Shown here: positions 51,402-64,000 of the stretch, in pieces
How the letters are laid out: each line of letters opens with the position of its first letter
Numbering within the stretch: the stretch's first letter is position 1
From: Felis catus
Taxonomy: Eukaryota
Reading direction: 5' to 3'
Length of the DNA stretch: 64,000 bases
Assembly (NCBI RefSeq): GCF_018350175.1
Contig: NC_058368.1
Location: forward strand, 36,644,001 to 36,708,000
The notes under the pieces: generated by a model
Database searches by the model: none
Told to the model about the DNA's origin: nothing
Seen by the model: only the letters and a program-made list of their open reading frames with translations
Translations under genes and position numbers: made by a program

Positions 51402-51549
51402 ACAAATTTCTTTGCATTTAAAAGAAACTCCATGAAGTAAGGAAGTTGTATATTACATTTCTTTTCATTTAGTGGTTTCACTAAAAATTCTTAAGTTCCT
51501 TTTTTAATTTAGCAAAGTGTAACATTAACATCATTACTTTTGTCCTAAA

Positions 51550-53400
51550 AAGCACTCATGTCAATAATGTGTGAGTGTTATACCATTGCAGTATTTTAGT
51601 TTTACTTTGCTTTTTTTTTAAAGCCTTAAAATGCAGACATTTTTCCTGATTATTAAATTATAAGGTGGCTATTTGTTTACATTTACCCCCATGTTCATCA
51701 TTTTTGAAGCTCAGAATTTCTTCTTGCATCTTAGACCTCCCTTCTGAGATGACTTTTCTTTTTACTCGTGTTCCTCCTTTGGAAAATTCTTTGTAGTTTC
51801 TGTTGGTAGTAAATACTCTCAGGTTTTTTTTTTTTTCTCAACTGATTTTTTTGAAATAAAGTTATCTTGTTTTTGTAATTTTTTGCTATTTTCTTTTAGC
51901 ATTTTGAAAACATAAATCCATTCTCCTCTGGCTTCCATTGTGGTTATTGAAGTTATCTTTCATTGTTTTTGTAATTTTTTTTTATGCCATTGATCTTTTT
52001 TTCCTACATGTTTTTCAGGTAGTCTCTTTTGGTGTTCAGCAGTTACAACATAATGTGGGTTTATCTCCATTTGTTTTTGCATCAGACACTTTGCTGCTGA
52101 ATCTGAGGACCAGTCTTGCCAATTCTGGAAAGTTTTCCGTCTTTTTTCCCTTTGAATATTTCCTCTATTCTATTCTTTTTATTCTTTCCATATGATAGTC
52201 GATATTTTCTACCACTTTGATTGTCTATAGTAAATTCTGGATAATTTCTTCAGATCTATATCCCAGTTCATGCTGTGTCCTATCTGGCTATTTAATCTAT
52301 AACTGAATTTTTAATGTAATTTTATTTTTTTACTTCTAGAGGTCAAAATTTGGCCTTCTGAAGTGTCTTATTCCATTGCCATACTTTTATTATTTTTCTT
52401 AATATATCAAACTCATCTTAACAAACTCATAGTTTTGTGAATCACATTCTGTAGTCTGTTGTTAAGGTCGACCTTTGCTCATGTTACCTTGGTCTTCATG
52501 TGCCATGAATTTTGATCATGAATTCATGTCTCTGGGTTATTCTGTCTGGGAATTCTTTGAAGTGTGGGCTTAAAGTAACTTCTCTCACATAGGATTGTGT
52601 TTGTTTCCACAGGTGCTAGAAGGTACTACCAACGTGAATAGATTTTCAAGTAAAATTTAGCTTGTGGTTTTGGAGTACCCAGGGATAGAGCTTCTAATTC
52701 TAAATGCATGTGAGTATGGGCTCCATTCAGAACTAAGCGAGTAACTTCCCCATCTCACTTTGTCCATCAGGGCTTTTCTGAAGACCACTTACTGCTGTTG
52801 TTGCCTTATGGAAGTCCTAACTTCATTCACTTGTCTCTGACATAAAATTTTGCATTTTGCAAGCCCTAGGCTTTGCCTCCTATGATGGGCTGTGATGGGT
52901 GACTGATTATATACTTTTAAGTTTGTGGGGGGCGGGGGATAGAGATGAAGTAAGTTTCTAAGGAATTTTGGAATCAAGGCTTTCAGGATTTTGAGGGGCT
53001 AGCTGCTGTTAAGATAAGGTTACTTTCAGTTTTAATGAACCATGAACATTTAGGCGCTAAGGCAGCCATGAGTTCCTTGAGGAAGGTCATGCTCTGCATG
53101 TTCCAGGTGTCTATCAGTGGGCAGCAAGCTGTAAGGAGATTTACTTTAAGCTCTATGTCTCTTGCCTTTGTTTCCCTCATTAATGGGACCATTAAAACTC
53201 AGCATCAAAACCACCAGAGGTTAGCATATCCCCCCAGAGCAGCGCCCACTCTAGATCTTGCTTACCTCTCCGGAAATACCCTTTCTACTTTTTTTCTGAC
53301 ATCAGCAGATTTCCTTTAACTTGCTATTAGCTCAGCCATGTGGTTAAAATGTTGGGAAAAGACTTTTAAACATATTTTTAGAAGGACTTTCTGGATCTCT
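51550..53400 (-). mobile_element. Very old L1/HAL1-like fragment
   Basis: T-rich with antisense L1 ORF1-region motifs (gtagtaaatactctcag, ccattctcctctggcttccattg, aattctggaaagttt). Confidence 0.5.
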
Positions 53401-54968
53401 AGTCTGTTCTATTTATTCTTTTTTGTACTTTCTTTTTGTTTCTGGTTTCTACATTTTAATGATTACACCATTTCACAAAAGTATTACTTTAAAATAAAAT
53501 AATAGTAGCTAATATTTATTTTACTTAAGTGTCAGCATTCGGAGAAGGGCTCGATATGTGTAATCCAATTTAATGTTCATAACAACCCATCCTGATAGGT
53601 ACAAAGATTATTTTCATTTCAAGATGGGGAAACTGAGGTCTAGAAAGGTTAATAATTTCCCCCAGCTCAGACTGCCAGACTGTTTTGAAGCTGTACTTCA
53701 ACTCATGGTAATCCGACTCCATTATAGGTTTTGTTCTTATTAGCTCCCACTTTTTATTGAAATATTTTGAACATATAGAAAAGTTGAAATAATAGTATTA
53801 TGAACTTATACTCTCAATATGCAACTGTTTTAAACATTTTGTCATATTTGCATTCTGTCTCTGTGTACACATGTATTTCTTGCTGCAATATTTGAAGGCA
53901 AGTTTCAGATATGACACTACACCTCTCGATATTGAGACTTCATTTCAAAGTGAGCTTTTAGCTATCTTCAAAGCGGTCCCTTTGGTAAGTTCTTATTGCT
54001 TTTCCTGGCAATGGGGGAAAATTCTTTACTTGAGGGGAGGAATTCTGTTTTCTTTGAAATTCAGGGTTTAGCAAAGCACCTGGTACGGTGCATCAATGAA
54101 TGGTCTGCCAAAAGAGGACCTAGGTAAATACAAGAGGAAAAAAGTTACCTAAGATAAGACATTTGTTCCAGGAAATGGCATGAAAAAGAACTACTTTGAA
54201 GGGGCTAGCCATCTTTCCCTGAGGTTCATGTATAGCATCTCACCCTGAGAAGGAAAACAGAAAACATCCTTGTATATCTTTGTGTACGAGTAGTTATCTC
54301 CCTGGCATGCACAACTTTGTCCTCCAGCTAGATGGTGACTCCCTGAGTAAAGACTCTGTATCTGGCCAATTGTATGGTTCTTGGTACAATCAAACGAATG
54401 AATGAATTTATTCCAATGTACTGTTTATACAGTAAATGTAATTTCTACCTTCGTATTGTCACTCTTCTTGCTACTAAAGCTAATTCTTCTGATACTATTA
54501 CTGCTTCTGGAACTATTACTATTTCTGCCATCAATATCCCTCTGAGGAAAGCAGGGACAAGCGGGAGGTATTATTCCCATATTATAGCTGAAGAACATTT
54601 GTAGTGAATCGGTCTAAACTTGAATCTAGATATTCTAGCTCCAAGTCCGGTATTTCCTCTAGGCCATTCCTTTTGATTTAATATTTGCTGAGCTGTCACT
54701 ATGTACCAGGAACTACTCTACAGGTTAAAGTAGTTAAGAAACTAAGAGCAGAAGCAGGATGTTTACAGAACTTCTGATTTCACTAACACCTGACATCCAT
54801 AATAGGACATAACCGGTATTAGTTGCTTTTTGAAACTCAAGCTATTACAAATAATTATGCACATACTAATAGAATGCCAAATATACTTTTATATGAGCAT
54901 AGATTAAGATATTTATAGGTATCACTTATGAAAATAAGTATTATTTATAAAATGTACTTTGTATGTAG

Positions 54969-55003
<35 letters not shown>

Positions 55004-55509
55004 GTTTGTATATAGACTGCAGTGACCTGTGCCTAGCTCTGCCTACCCTCAAGGATGGGGAAGCAAGAGGTGAGGAAACTGATGGGTCAGGGAAGGTCTA
55101 AGGCTCCTTGGGGCTGAGATGGGAGATGAGGGCTAAGAAGGAGTGAAGGGATTGCCTTGAGTATCAGCTGGAGTCAGGCTCTCAGTTTTGGGGCTAGTAG
55201 GTGCCTGATGTGGGAGTTGGTTGTCAGAATACAGATATGGGGATTGTTTGCACACCTGTTACCTCAACACACCAGCTACGGGGGTTCTGCACATATAGAG
55301 GCATGTGTAGAACATTTGCTGAAGACAGCCCATGAAATGGCAGAGGAGCCAGTGAGCATTGTATTGAATGGTTTCAACCAACTGCTGTGTTCTAATCCTG
55401 AATCTATCCCTAGATTTATATTATCTTTCCTTTCTGAGAGCCTCCTGCCAATGGACAAACTGCTACTAGATTATTCTCCTCTGACCTCTAAATTGATGTT
55501 CGTGGTTTT

Positions 55510-55746
55510 TTCTTTTTTTTTTTTTATTCATTTTTTTCTTTAACGTTTATTTATTTTTGAGAGAGAGAGAGAGAGAGAGAGAATAAGCAGGGGAGGGGCA
55601 AAGAGAGGGAGACACAGAATCTGAAGCAGGCTCCAGGCTCTGAGCTGTTAGCACAGAGACTGACGCAAGGCTCGAACTCATGGACTGTGAGATCATGACC
55701 TGAGCCGAAGTCGGACACTCAACCAACTGAGCCACCCAGGCTCCCC
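55510..55746 (-). mobile_element. Carnivore SINE
   Basis: Reverse-strand SINE; TSD TGATGTTCGTG. Confidence 0.95.
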
Positions 55747-57324
55747 TGATGTTCGTGTTTTTAAAGGAAGGCAAACATGATAAAGTTCAGAATCCATGTG
55801 ACAAATCAATGCTTAATGGTGGTGATCTGGAATATTGGTTCAACATATTCCCTTGAAGACAGAAGATTTGTTCTGTTCTTGGATCTTTATGCTCACACTT
55901 GGATATGAATCCGTTACCTCTGGTATTCAGTAATTCTTTGTCTGATGTTTACCTCCCTTATCATCATCATCATCTACACAGCTATTACACAGTTGCAAAG
56001 GAACACATATTTAGTATCAGGAAGTAAGTATAAGAACACTACATAACTGCTGAAAATCAACTGTAAATTGGCAGTTTTATTTCATGCAACATTCAGTCTT
56101 TTGGCAATAACTATCTCTGTGTAATCTCTAGACTCTCCTCATCAGAAGGAACTTTCCTGGCAAAAATATTATGAATAATATACATGAAATCTTTGAAAAA
56201 AAACCTTGGTAATGTCTGTAATTCTTTCTATTCTAGACTTCAAACTTCTTAGAGGAATATCAAATATGGTTGCAGCAACAAGTGTATTCTTAGTGGCATC
56301 CTTATTTTATTTTCAAACAAAATGGAAGGAAACCAAAACACTGGCTCAAGTTCAGACCTTAAATGTATTAATGTAGAAATCACCCAGGGCATTCTAGATA
56401 CTGTGCAAACAAATCAAACAGTAACCATCATCAAACAGTGAGGAAACAAGATGCATTGAGAAATCTTTTATTTAGGCTTTATCCATTTAGGAACCTATAG
56501 ACTTGATGCTAGGGATACTCCATGCAAGGTAAGAGTAATTGCATGCTATTTTAGGGGAGCAATCAGGTAGCCCTCTGGTGAAAAGTGGCATCTTGGGACC
56601 CCAGGTTATTATTTAGTAGGGTCAGACCAGCCAACGTGCTCATCTGCCTGCCACTCTTTATAACCATCTCCCCTGGGAAGGGAGTTAAGACGGAGGGTGG
56701 ACTTACACCAAGCCTTGACTCTCACTGACTACAGAGTAGAGATGAGAGGATGCTGGAGAGTGAGGGAGAGAAAATAGAAACACACCACTGATTTTTAGAT
56801 TTTGAATGTTTGAAGTATGTTGGGAGGTGAGAGAGGCTAGGAATGTAGGCCTTCATAAAAGAACTTCATATGATTCTGTTACTTCTTTCTTAAGAACTTG
56901 CAGACTATTTCACACTATGGAGTTGAAGGCAGGAAGCTCAATTTTGAATATTTGCCCTGCCACTGAATTCTGGGCTCTAGCTGAAAACTCCTCTCCATCT
57001 CCTACATTCGTTGTCTTCCCAGGTACGTGGAGAGAGCTCATCCACCTGGACCACTTCCCAAAGAAAATCAGCTCATGAGAAAAGACAGACTCTCTGGCCC
57101 CCTGACTGCCAACAGCATGAATCTCAGGGTGGAAACAAGCTTCGAGCAAAGCTTCTTCTGAGCCCAGTAGTATTCTTACTTAGAACATCTATTCTCCTTT
57201 ATTGTTCAATCCTTGATTCAAAATGGCCTCATTTGTTAGCTTATTGTTTGTTTTCTGTCTGTGTACCTAGGACGTAAGCACCTGAGGGCAAAGACCATGG
57301 GGTGTTTGTTTGTTTTCTGGTTTT

Positions 57325-57327
<3 letters not shown>

Positions 57328-57382
<55 letters not shown>

Positions 57383-57509
57383 ATGTATATTCATATATAT
57401 GTATATTCATATATATATTGTTTTCATATATATTTATATATCCACATATATTCATATATATTTCATATGTGTATATATATGTATGTGTGTGTGTGTGTGT
57501 GTGTGTGTG
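57328..57509. repeat. Compound (TA)n/(TG)n microsatellite
   Basis: Directly visible. Confidence 0.98.
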
Positions 57510-59369
57510 CATAGCCTCTGATGTATCAAAGTTTGGGTGAACAAAGGAACAGATTTTTTTTCTATTATCTGTGCTTCACTTGGGCATCTTCCTTCAGTAT
57601 TGTCACTTCCTTTTTCAATCCAGAAGAGCCGTGCTCTCTGCAGAGCTGGGGCCCTGTCACACTTACCCTGGCCACCCCCCACCCCAGCTCTGATGAATCT
57701 CCCCCCACCTGTGCTTTTTTGAGCTGTGCGAGCTGCTCTGGAAGATGTGTGAGGGCTTGGAGGCTGAGTTGGGCTGAGGTGAGCCGGGGCAGTGCCTGTG
57801 ACTGACACCCTAGTGTGGCCTGGAATGCTCTTCCCTTCCTGTGAACTGAGGAGCTAGCGTGCTGCAGGAGGCGTCTCTCATCTTGGCCAGGCAGTGGAGT
57901 CAGCTATTTCCTGGGTCAATTCTAGCTCAATTTTCAATGTTTGTATTAAAAGGTTAATTGCTTTACACCTGCACATCCCCAGCCTGGCTTCTCCAAGAAA
58001 GCTAAACAGTGCAATGAAAGTTGTATTTCTACTCTAATATCATTTCGCTGCATCAAGTGCACAGAATCTCTTTATTGGAGGCCAAATGCACAATCCGTTT
58101 GAGAGACAGTTGCTCTTGGCAGCGAGCAGCAACTGCTTGTTCGGAAACCCTTGAAGATATTGCTCAGTCTTTGTGTTTACTGTGGGCTGGTAGAGGACGA
58201 TTTCTTATTTTCTCAGGGCAGTCTTTAATGAGCACCGGGTGGCTTTTTGATGCTGCCCTCCCACAGACCGTGGGTAAAGGAGGTGCTAGGAATCATACAT
58301 TTTCAATTGCAGAAGTATTTTGTATCGAACCCTGTCAAAAATAACACTGCCTTTGGGACACAGAAAATCCAATTTGATAGCAATGTTTCTGCTCTTTTCT
58401 CTTGGACACATTGTATCAGTTAGCTTATAGTCTTGGACCTCAGCTATTTTTCACCTGGAAAGTGATTTGGGATGGGGTTCTGGGCTGTTGTTGGTGATGG
58501 CTTGCAAAACTATATTTATAAGCAGTCTTATCCTAAAATGACCCAACTTAACACCTAGCAGTTTAAAGGGTAGGGAGAAGAAAGGAGGAAAGTAATTAGT
58601 CCATATGCTTTTCTTGAAAACTCTCCGTGTGCATAAAGTACTCAGGAATTTCATGAGGACGCTCCTCCATCAACTGTTCTGTACCCCAAACATCCTTGGA
58701 AAAAGAAAAAGAGAGATTTGGGGGGCTGCAGGGGAGGTTCTTGTACCTGAAATTTCTACTCTCTAAACTGGAGACAGATGATGGATGAGCGGTTGTTTTC
58801 CCAGATAGAGATCTCATCATGAGTTTGTAAATAGTCACTCATATGATTTGTTCATTAATGTATGAGGAAATTGGTTCATTAATGTATTCAACATATATTT
58901 AAGTGTCTACTGTGTGTTGAGCAGGACTAAACAGAATAAGACCTGGGTCTTGTCCTCAAGATCTTATAATCTAGTGGGGTATAGAGACAATAAAACATTA
59001 TAAAGACTAATTCAGATATGTACAGATACAATGTCATCTTGGGGCAATGTTTCTTAGCCTTTTTTACTATTATTATTATTATTATCCTCTGTCCCAAAAG
59101 AGGCTTTCTAGACATTTTTTATCTCAAAAACTCCTTCCTACATTAAATTTTAATACCACACATATGTTGTGTATCTGTTTAAGTACTAATGTTTTATCTG
59201 TGTCTTATATAAAAAAGGGCAAGATTTTTTGTCCATTTGGGTGTGATGTCACCTCCATTGAGAATGTATGTCCTAAAGAAAGGAGAAGTCTTTTCTCACT
59301 CAGGAAAATCCAGTAGGAGCTTATAGAAGAGGGACGTGTTACCTAACATGTTAAAAGATGAGTAGGCAT

Positions 59370-59597
59370 GGGGCGCCTGGGTGGCGCAGTGGGTTAAGCG
59401 TCCGACTTCAGCGAGGTCACGATCTCGCGGTCCGTGGGTTCGAGCCCCGCGTCAGGCTCTGGGCTGATGGCTCAGAGCCTGGAGCCTGTTTCCGATTCTG
59501 TGTCTCCCTCTCTCTCTGCCCCTCCCCCGTTCATGCTCTGTCTCTCTCTGTCCCAAAAATAAATTAAAAACGTTGAAAAAAAAATTAAAAAAAAAAA
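59370..59597 (+). mobile_element. Young felid SINE
   Basis: Young-subfamily diagnostics; TSD AAAAGATGAGTAGGCAT. Confidence 0.95.
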
Positions 59598-59964
59598 AGA
59601 TGAGTAGGCATACTTTTAGGTAGAAAAAAGGATAGCAGTGTAAAAATGAAAGCAACATGTGCCAAGGTGCAGAGGCGTGAAAAGGGACCATTTAGCATGC
59701 AGCATGCATGGGCAGAAATAAACCTCTTTTAAGCTGCATTCTGTTCAAGGTGCTGCTTACCTGACTTGCCTATCATGTGCACCAAGATATTGATTATAAT
59801 TGGCAGGTTATGCCCAGTCCAGTTAAGTATCTTAACAGTATCTCAAAATATTCTTACTCATGTGGATTTTTTTGGACAAAAAAGAATTGATCAAGAATGT
59901 TTGTGTTTGAAATCTGGCATGGAAACTATGTTTATTACATAAAAATCCATGAAAAGTGTGTGTA

Positions 59965-60286
59965 GGGGGAGAGAGGTAGAGCACAGAGGATTTTTCAGGC
60001 TGTGACACTATTCTACATGATACATATCATCACATATTTGTCCAAACCTATAGAATATTCACTCTCAAGAGTGGACCCTAATGTAAGTTATAGACTCTGG
60101 ATGATAATTATTTGTCAATGTAGGCTCATCAATTGAAACAAATGCTTTAGTGGGGATGGTGATAATGGGGGGAGGTTATACATGTGTGGGAGCAGGGAGT
60201 TCATAGGCATTCTCTGTAACTTCTACTCAATTTTCTGTAAACCTAAAACTATTCTAAAAATAAATTAAGTCTACTTTTAAAAAAAT
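59965..60286 (+). mobile_element. L1 3' end (L1MC-like)
   Basis: catatttgtccaaacctatagaat..gaccctaatgtaa..tctctgtaacttctactcaattttctgtaaacctaaaactattct. Confidence 0.8.
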
Positions 60287-61760
60287 CCTTAAAAGCTGTA
60301 ACTAGAGTAAACTTGTACTTTGTGTGGCTAAGGGTCTAATTATAAGAAGCATGAATTTGGTGTCAAATAGAGTTAGGGTTCAAATTCCAAATACATCAAT
60401 TAAATTGGTAATTGAATAACCTTGAGTAAACAGCATCCCTCAATTTCCACATCTGTAAAATGGGGGGAAAATCTCTATCATAGATGTATTATGAATACAT
60501 GCTTACACACTCTTTAAAAATGCCACCTGGGAGAGAGTGGTGCAGAAAGCCTCCCATTTAGCAGGACATTAAGAATACTTAGTGAGAGGTGAACTGACAT
60601 CTTTGGAGAGTTCTGTGGATAATTTTCTGTAGGTCAGAAAGGAGAATGGGAAATTCTGCCGTTGAAATAAACTTCCTGAATTTAGCAGGGATAATAGGAA
60701 TTCCAGAAGTCCATTTAGAAGTCAAGGGGGATAATGGGGATTTAATGACGATAATGAAGAAGGGGTCAGATGGTGGTCAGGTAGTCAGATGAGACAAAGT
60801 GGATGTGGTTACTGTAATAAACAGCAGAGGTAAAATAGTAACAGTGTGGTTTGATCTATTTTGGCATTGGCTAATCAATCATGGTGTCCTTTGGACTGAA
60901 ATCAATGGGCAGTCTACTAAAATTGTACTTGATTAAAATAAGTGAAGATCTCTGTATCTTGCAAACAGTAGTCTTGACTTTAGTCACCATGGGTTTGCAG
61001 TCCTTCAATTGTTTCCCGGATGGAGCCAGTTCACAGATCAAGAGCCCCTTATATGAAGGGGAGACTAAGTCCCTTTGAGGAAAATCCTGCTATGATGCCA
61101 AAAATTATACTGTAAATCTTTCTTTTTAGATTTCCTTGACGTGACCATGGTACTTACCTGGTGTCTGTGCACTGGGGAAGGAGAACTAACTAGACTTTAT
61201 GGTTTTGAACTGACCCTAAATCTTGGAGACTCAAAACATCTCCATGGTCCACCTATAAGATTAAGGGCTTGAGGAGTTCAGATAATTAATGGAATCTTGG
61301 CTTGTGCCCATCTCAAAGTGGGCCAGTTGGTTCCCAAGTCTATCTTGTGGTTATTTTTTCAAGTCTGGAATTTATAGTTATAGGAGACATACTTAGCCAC
61401 TAGGAGAATTTCCACACTAATTTTCTGACCCATGAAGAAAGGACTGTTTTGGTAGGAAAGATTGCATGGAAGCCACTAGGAAGGCCTGTACCTCCAACTA
61501 AAAGTATATTGCATTCTTACAAGGAATGCTGAAATTTGTGCCTTGATCAAAAAGTTGAAGGATGCAAGCATGATCATTCCTACTACATCCTGATTCAATT
61601 CACCTATTTCGTTTTTGCAGAGGACAGATGGATCTTGGATCTTAGAGAATGACGATGGGATTTTTGTAAACTTAAGGCAGTGGTGAATCAAATTCCAACT
61701 GCTGTTCCAGATGTTTCCCTTGCTGGAAAGGGAAATACCTCTGGCACCTGGTATGCAACT

Positions 61761-62112
61761 TGGGTAGGCTGTGGGCCCTAGTGATCCACCCAAACTCTAA
61801 TGTAGGTGTTGCGGTGATTATTTTGAGGATGTGATTAGATAGCCAGTTGACTTTCAGAAAGATAGATTATTCTAGATAACCTGGGTAGGCCTGATTCAAT
61901 CAGTTGGAAGGTTTCAAGAATAGAACTGAGGCTTCCTTAATGAAAAAAAAGTTCTTCCTACAGATAGCAGCATCAGTCCGTGCCAGTTATGCTATGGATT
62001 TGCAACTTTCCTAGCTAGCCTTCCTAAGCATAGAAGCCAATTGCTTGCCATCAATCTCTTAATATATATCTCCTACTGGTTCTATTTCTCTGGTTTAACC
62101 CTGACTGATATA
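61761..62112 (+). mobile_element. MLT2-like LTR inserted in ERV-L pol
   Basis: aggtgttgc.gtga..gatgtgatta..gggtaggcct.attcaatcagttg..ctactggttctatttctctgg..aaccctgactgatata; GCAACT on both sides. Confidence 0.8.
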
Positions 62113-62145
62113 GCAACTGATGTAATGAATGCTTTTTCATTGTAT

Positions 62146-62359
62146 GTTTTTTTTTTCAACATTTATTTATTTTTGGGACAGAGAGAGACAGAGCATGAAC
62201 GGGGGAGGGGCAGAGAGAGAGGGAGACACAGAATCTGAAACAGGCTCCAGGCTCTGAGCCATCAGCCCAGAGCCCGACGCGGGGCTCGAACTCACGGACC
62301 GCGAGATCGTGACCTGGCTGAAGTCGGACGCTTAACCGACTGCGCCACCCAGGCGCCCC
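62146..62359 (-). mobile_element. Young felid SINE within ERV-L pol
   Basis: Young-subfamily diagnostics; TSD TCATTGTATGTTTT. Confidence 0.95.
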
Positions 62360-64000
62360 TCATTGTATGTTTTAATAAATATTATCAGAAGCAGTTTGCT
62401 TTCAATACACGAAGTCATCAATACTCCTTCAGTGTACTACCTCTGGATTAAAAATCTCCAATTTTCTGGTATAATCTTGTCCATGGGGACCTTGATTTCT
62501 TTGTTATTCCATAAGACACCATGCTGCTCCACTAATTTGATGATATCATGCTAATTGGACTAGTGAGCAAAAAGTAGCAACACCTCTAGACATCTTGGTA
62601 AAACACACGCAAAACAGGGTAGGAAATAACTGCCCCCAAATTTAGACGGCCTTCTACTTTGTGAGAGTTCTAGGCATCTCATGGTACGTTGACATATCCC
62701 TTCTAAATTGAAGGGTAAGTTGCTGCTTGTAACCCCTTCCTACAACAATGATAGTGGCATAGCACCGAATGCATCCCTTTGGATTTTTGAAGGCAACATA
62801 CACTCATTTGGGCCTGATGCTCAGACCCATTGATCAAATAACTTGAAGAGCTGTCAGTTTTGAGGAGCTTCAGACAAGAGAAACTCGGCAGCTGGTTGAA
62901 AGTGCCAAACTGCTCTGCCACTTAGGCTCTATGACCCAGTAGGTCCCTTTGATGGTACATGAAGTGAATGTGGCAGAGAGGGATGTTTTGTGGAGCCTTT
63001 GACGGGACACCATAGGTGACCGACAAAACAGACCTTTCGAATTTTAGATGAAAGCAATGCCACCTTCTGCAGATAACTATTCTTCTTTTGAGAAACAACT
63101 TCTGGCTTCCTGCCGGGCTCTACACTTGAAAATGGACCACGAAGTAACCATCATAAACTGCTTGTTACCTGACTCAATAAGATATAATGTTTAGCAGCAT
63201 TCCATCATCAAGTATAGGTGATATATGTGAGATCAGGCTCGAGCATATCTTGAAGGCTCAAGAAAGTTGCATGGGTGAGTGGCCCAGTTGCCCATGGTCT
63301 TCACTCCTGACACATTGCTGCATCCCCCTCATGGGAAGCTCCCCATTAACTGATGACTGAGGAAGAAAAATCAAGGCCTAATTTACAGATGGTTCTGCAC
63401 AGTATGATGGTATCATGTGGGAGTAGACAGTAACAGCACTCAAAATCCTCTCTGGGATGTCTTTGAAGAATAGTGGTGAAGGGAATCCCCCCCACCCCCA
63501 CCACCAAGGCAGAATTTTGAGTACAACCCCTGTCTTTTTTTCCTTTTTCTTGGGAGATGAGATGGTCAGAGGTAGGTATTGATCTACATTATTTTAGGCA
63601 AGTGGCTAACAATTTGGCTTGGTGGTCAGAGGCTTGGAAGGAACATGATTAGAAAGTAGGTAGCTAGGAGATCTGGGAAGAGATTTGTGGAAATACTCTC
63701 TCCAAAACAGTACAAGGAGTTTTATGTTCCATATGAGTGCTCATTAAAAAAAAACCTGAGTAGAGAAGGATTTTATTTGTCAGGTGGAAAAATGGCCTGT
63801 TTTGTGGATGTTAGACCATTTTCCCAGACACCCCCATTCTTTCTCATGAGCTCATGAACAAATGGCTATGGTGGCTGGGATGGAGGTTATGCATGGGCTC
63901 AGCAACATGGACTTCTACTTACTAAGACTTATTTTTCTACAGCCACTGCTAAATGTCCAATATGCCAACAGAAAACATCAACCCTGAGCCACTGATTTGT

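Larger units (their letters stand above)
60660..64000 (+). mobile_element. Decayed ERV-L internal region (gag end, protease, RT, RNase H, integrase start); runs off the window
   Basis: Broken-frame translation gives LKDASMIIPTTS*FNSPI..QRTDGSW (RT N-term, ~61555-61640), H*FDDIMLIG (YxDD motif with Y changed to stop, ~62528-62560), NYSSFEKQLLA (~63075), FTDGSA (RNase H, ~63382) and CPICQQ (integrase zinc finger, ~63954). Confidence 0.9.

Noticed and set aside
57261..57540. ORFs with IY/CV/HT runs
   Set aside because: Translations of the (TA)n/(TG)n microsatellite.
60660..64000. Domesticated or intact ERV-L gag/pol gene
   Set aside because: Many stops and frameshifts, a destroyed YxDD motif, and two insertions in RT.

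Overview
This is mammalian genomic DNA, almost certainly felid, because it carries about 26 tRNA-derived carnivore SINEs, including five near-identical young copies of the cat-type subfamily. I found no intact protein-coding gene. The only recognisable gene sequence is a full-length, disabled processed pseudogene of the kinase STK26/MST4 on the minus strand (~36413-40383). It has a GC-rich 5'UTR, an intronless CDS remnant, a 3'UTR, a poly(A) remnant and three later SINE insertions. The rest is largely transposon-derived: a nested cluster of solo LTRs at 1-5.4 kb, MaLR/MLT1 and ERVL-type LTRs, hAT MITEs, L1/L2/MIR fragments, and a decayed ERV-L gag-pol region at 60.6-64 kb. There is also an unexplained CpG-rich promoter-like segment at ~8.4-9.2 kb, a 40-bp inverted repeat inside an L2, and a few repeat-free blocks that may be enhancers. 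Repeat family names come from recalled consensus motifs, not a RepeatMasker/Dfam run, and many boundaries are approximate. I did not find evidence for a genuinely new biological system; the findings are leads of modest novelty.
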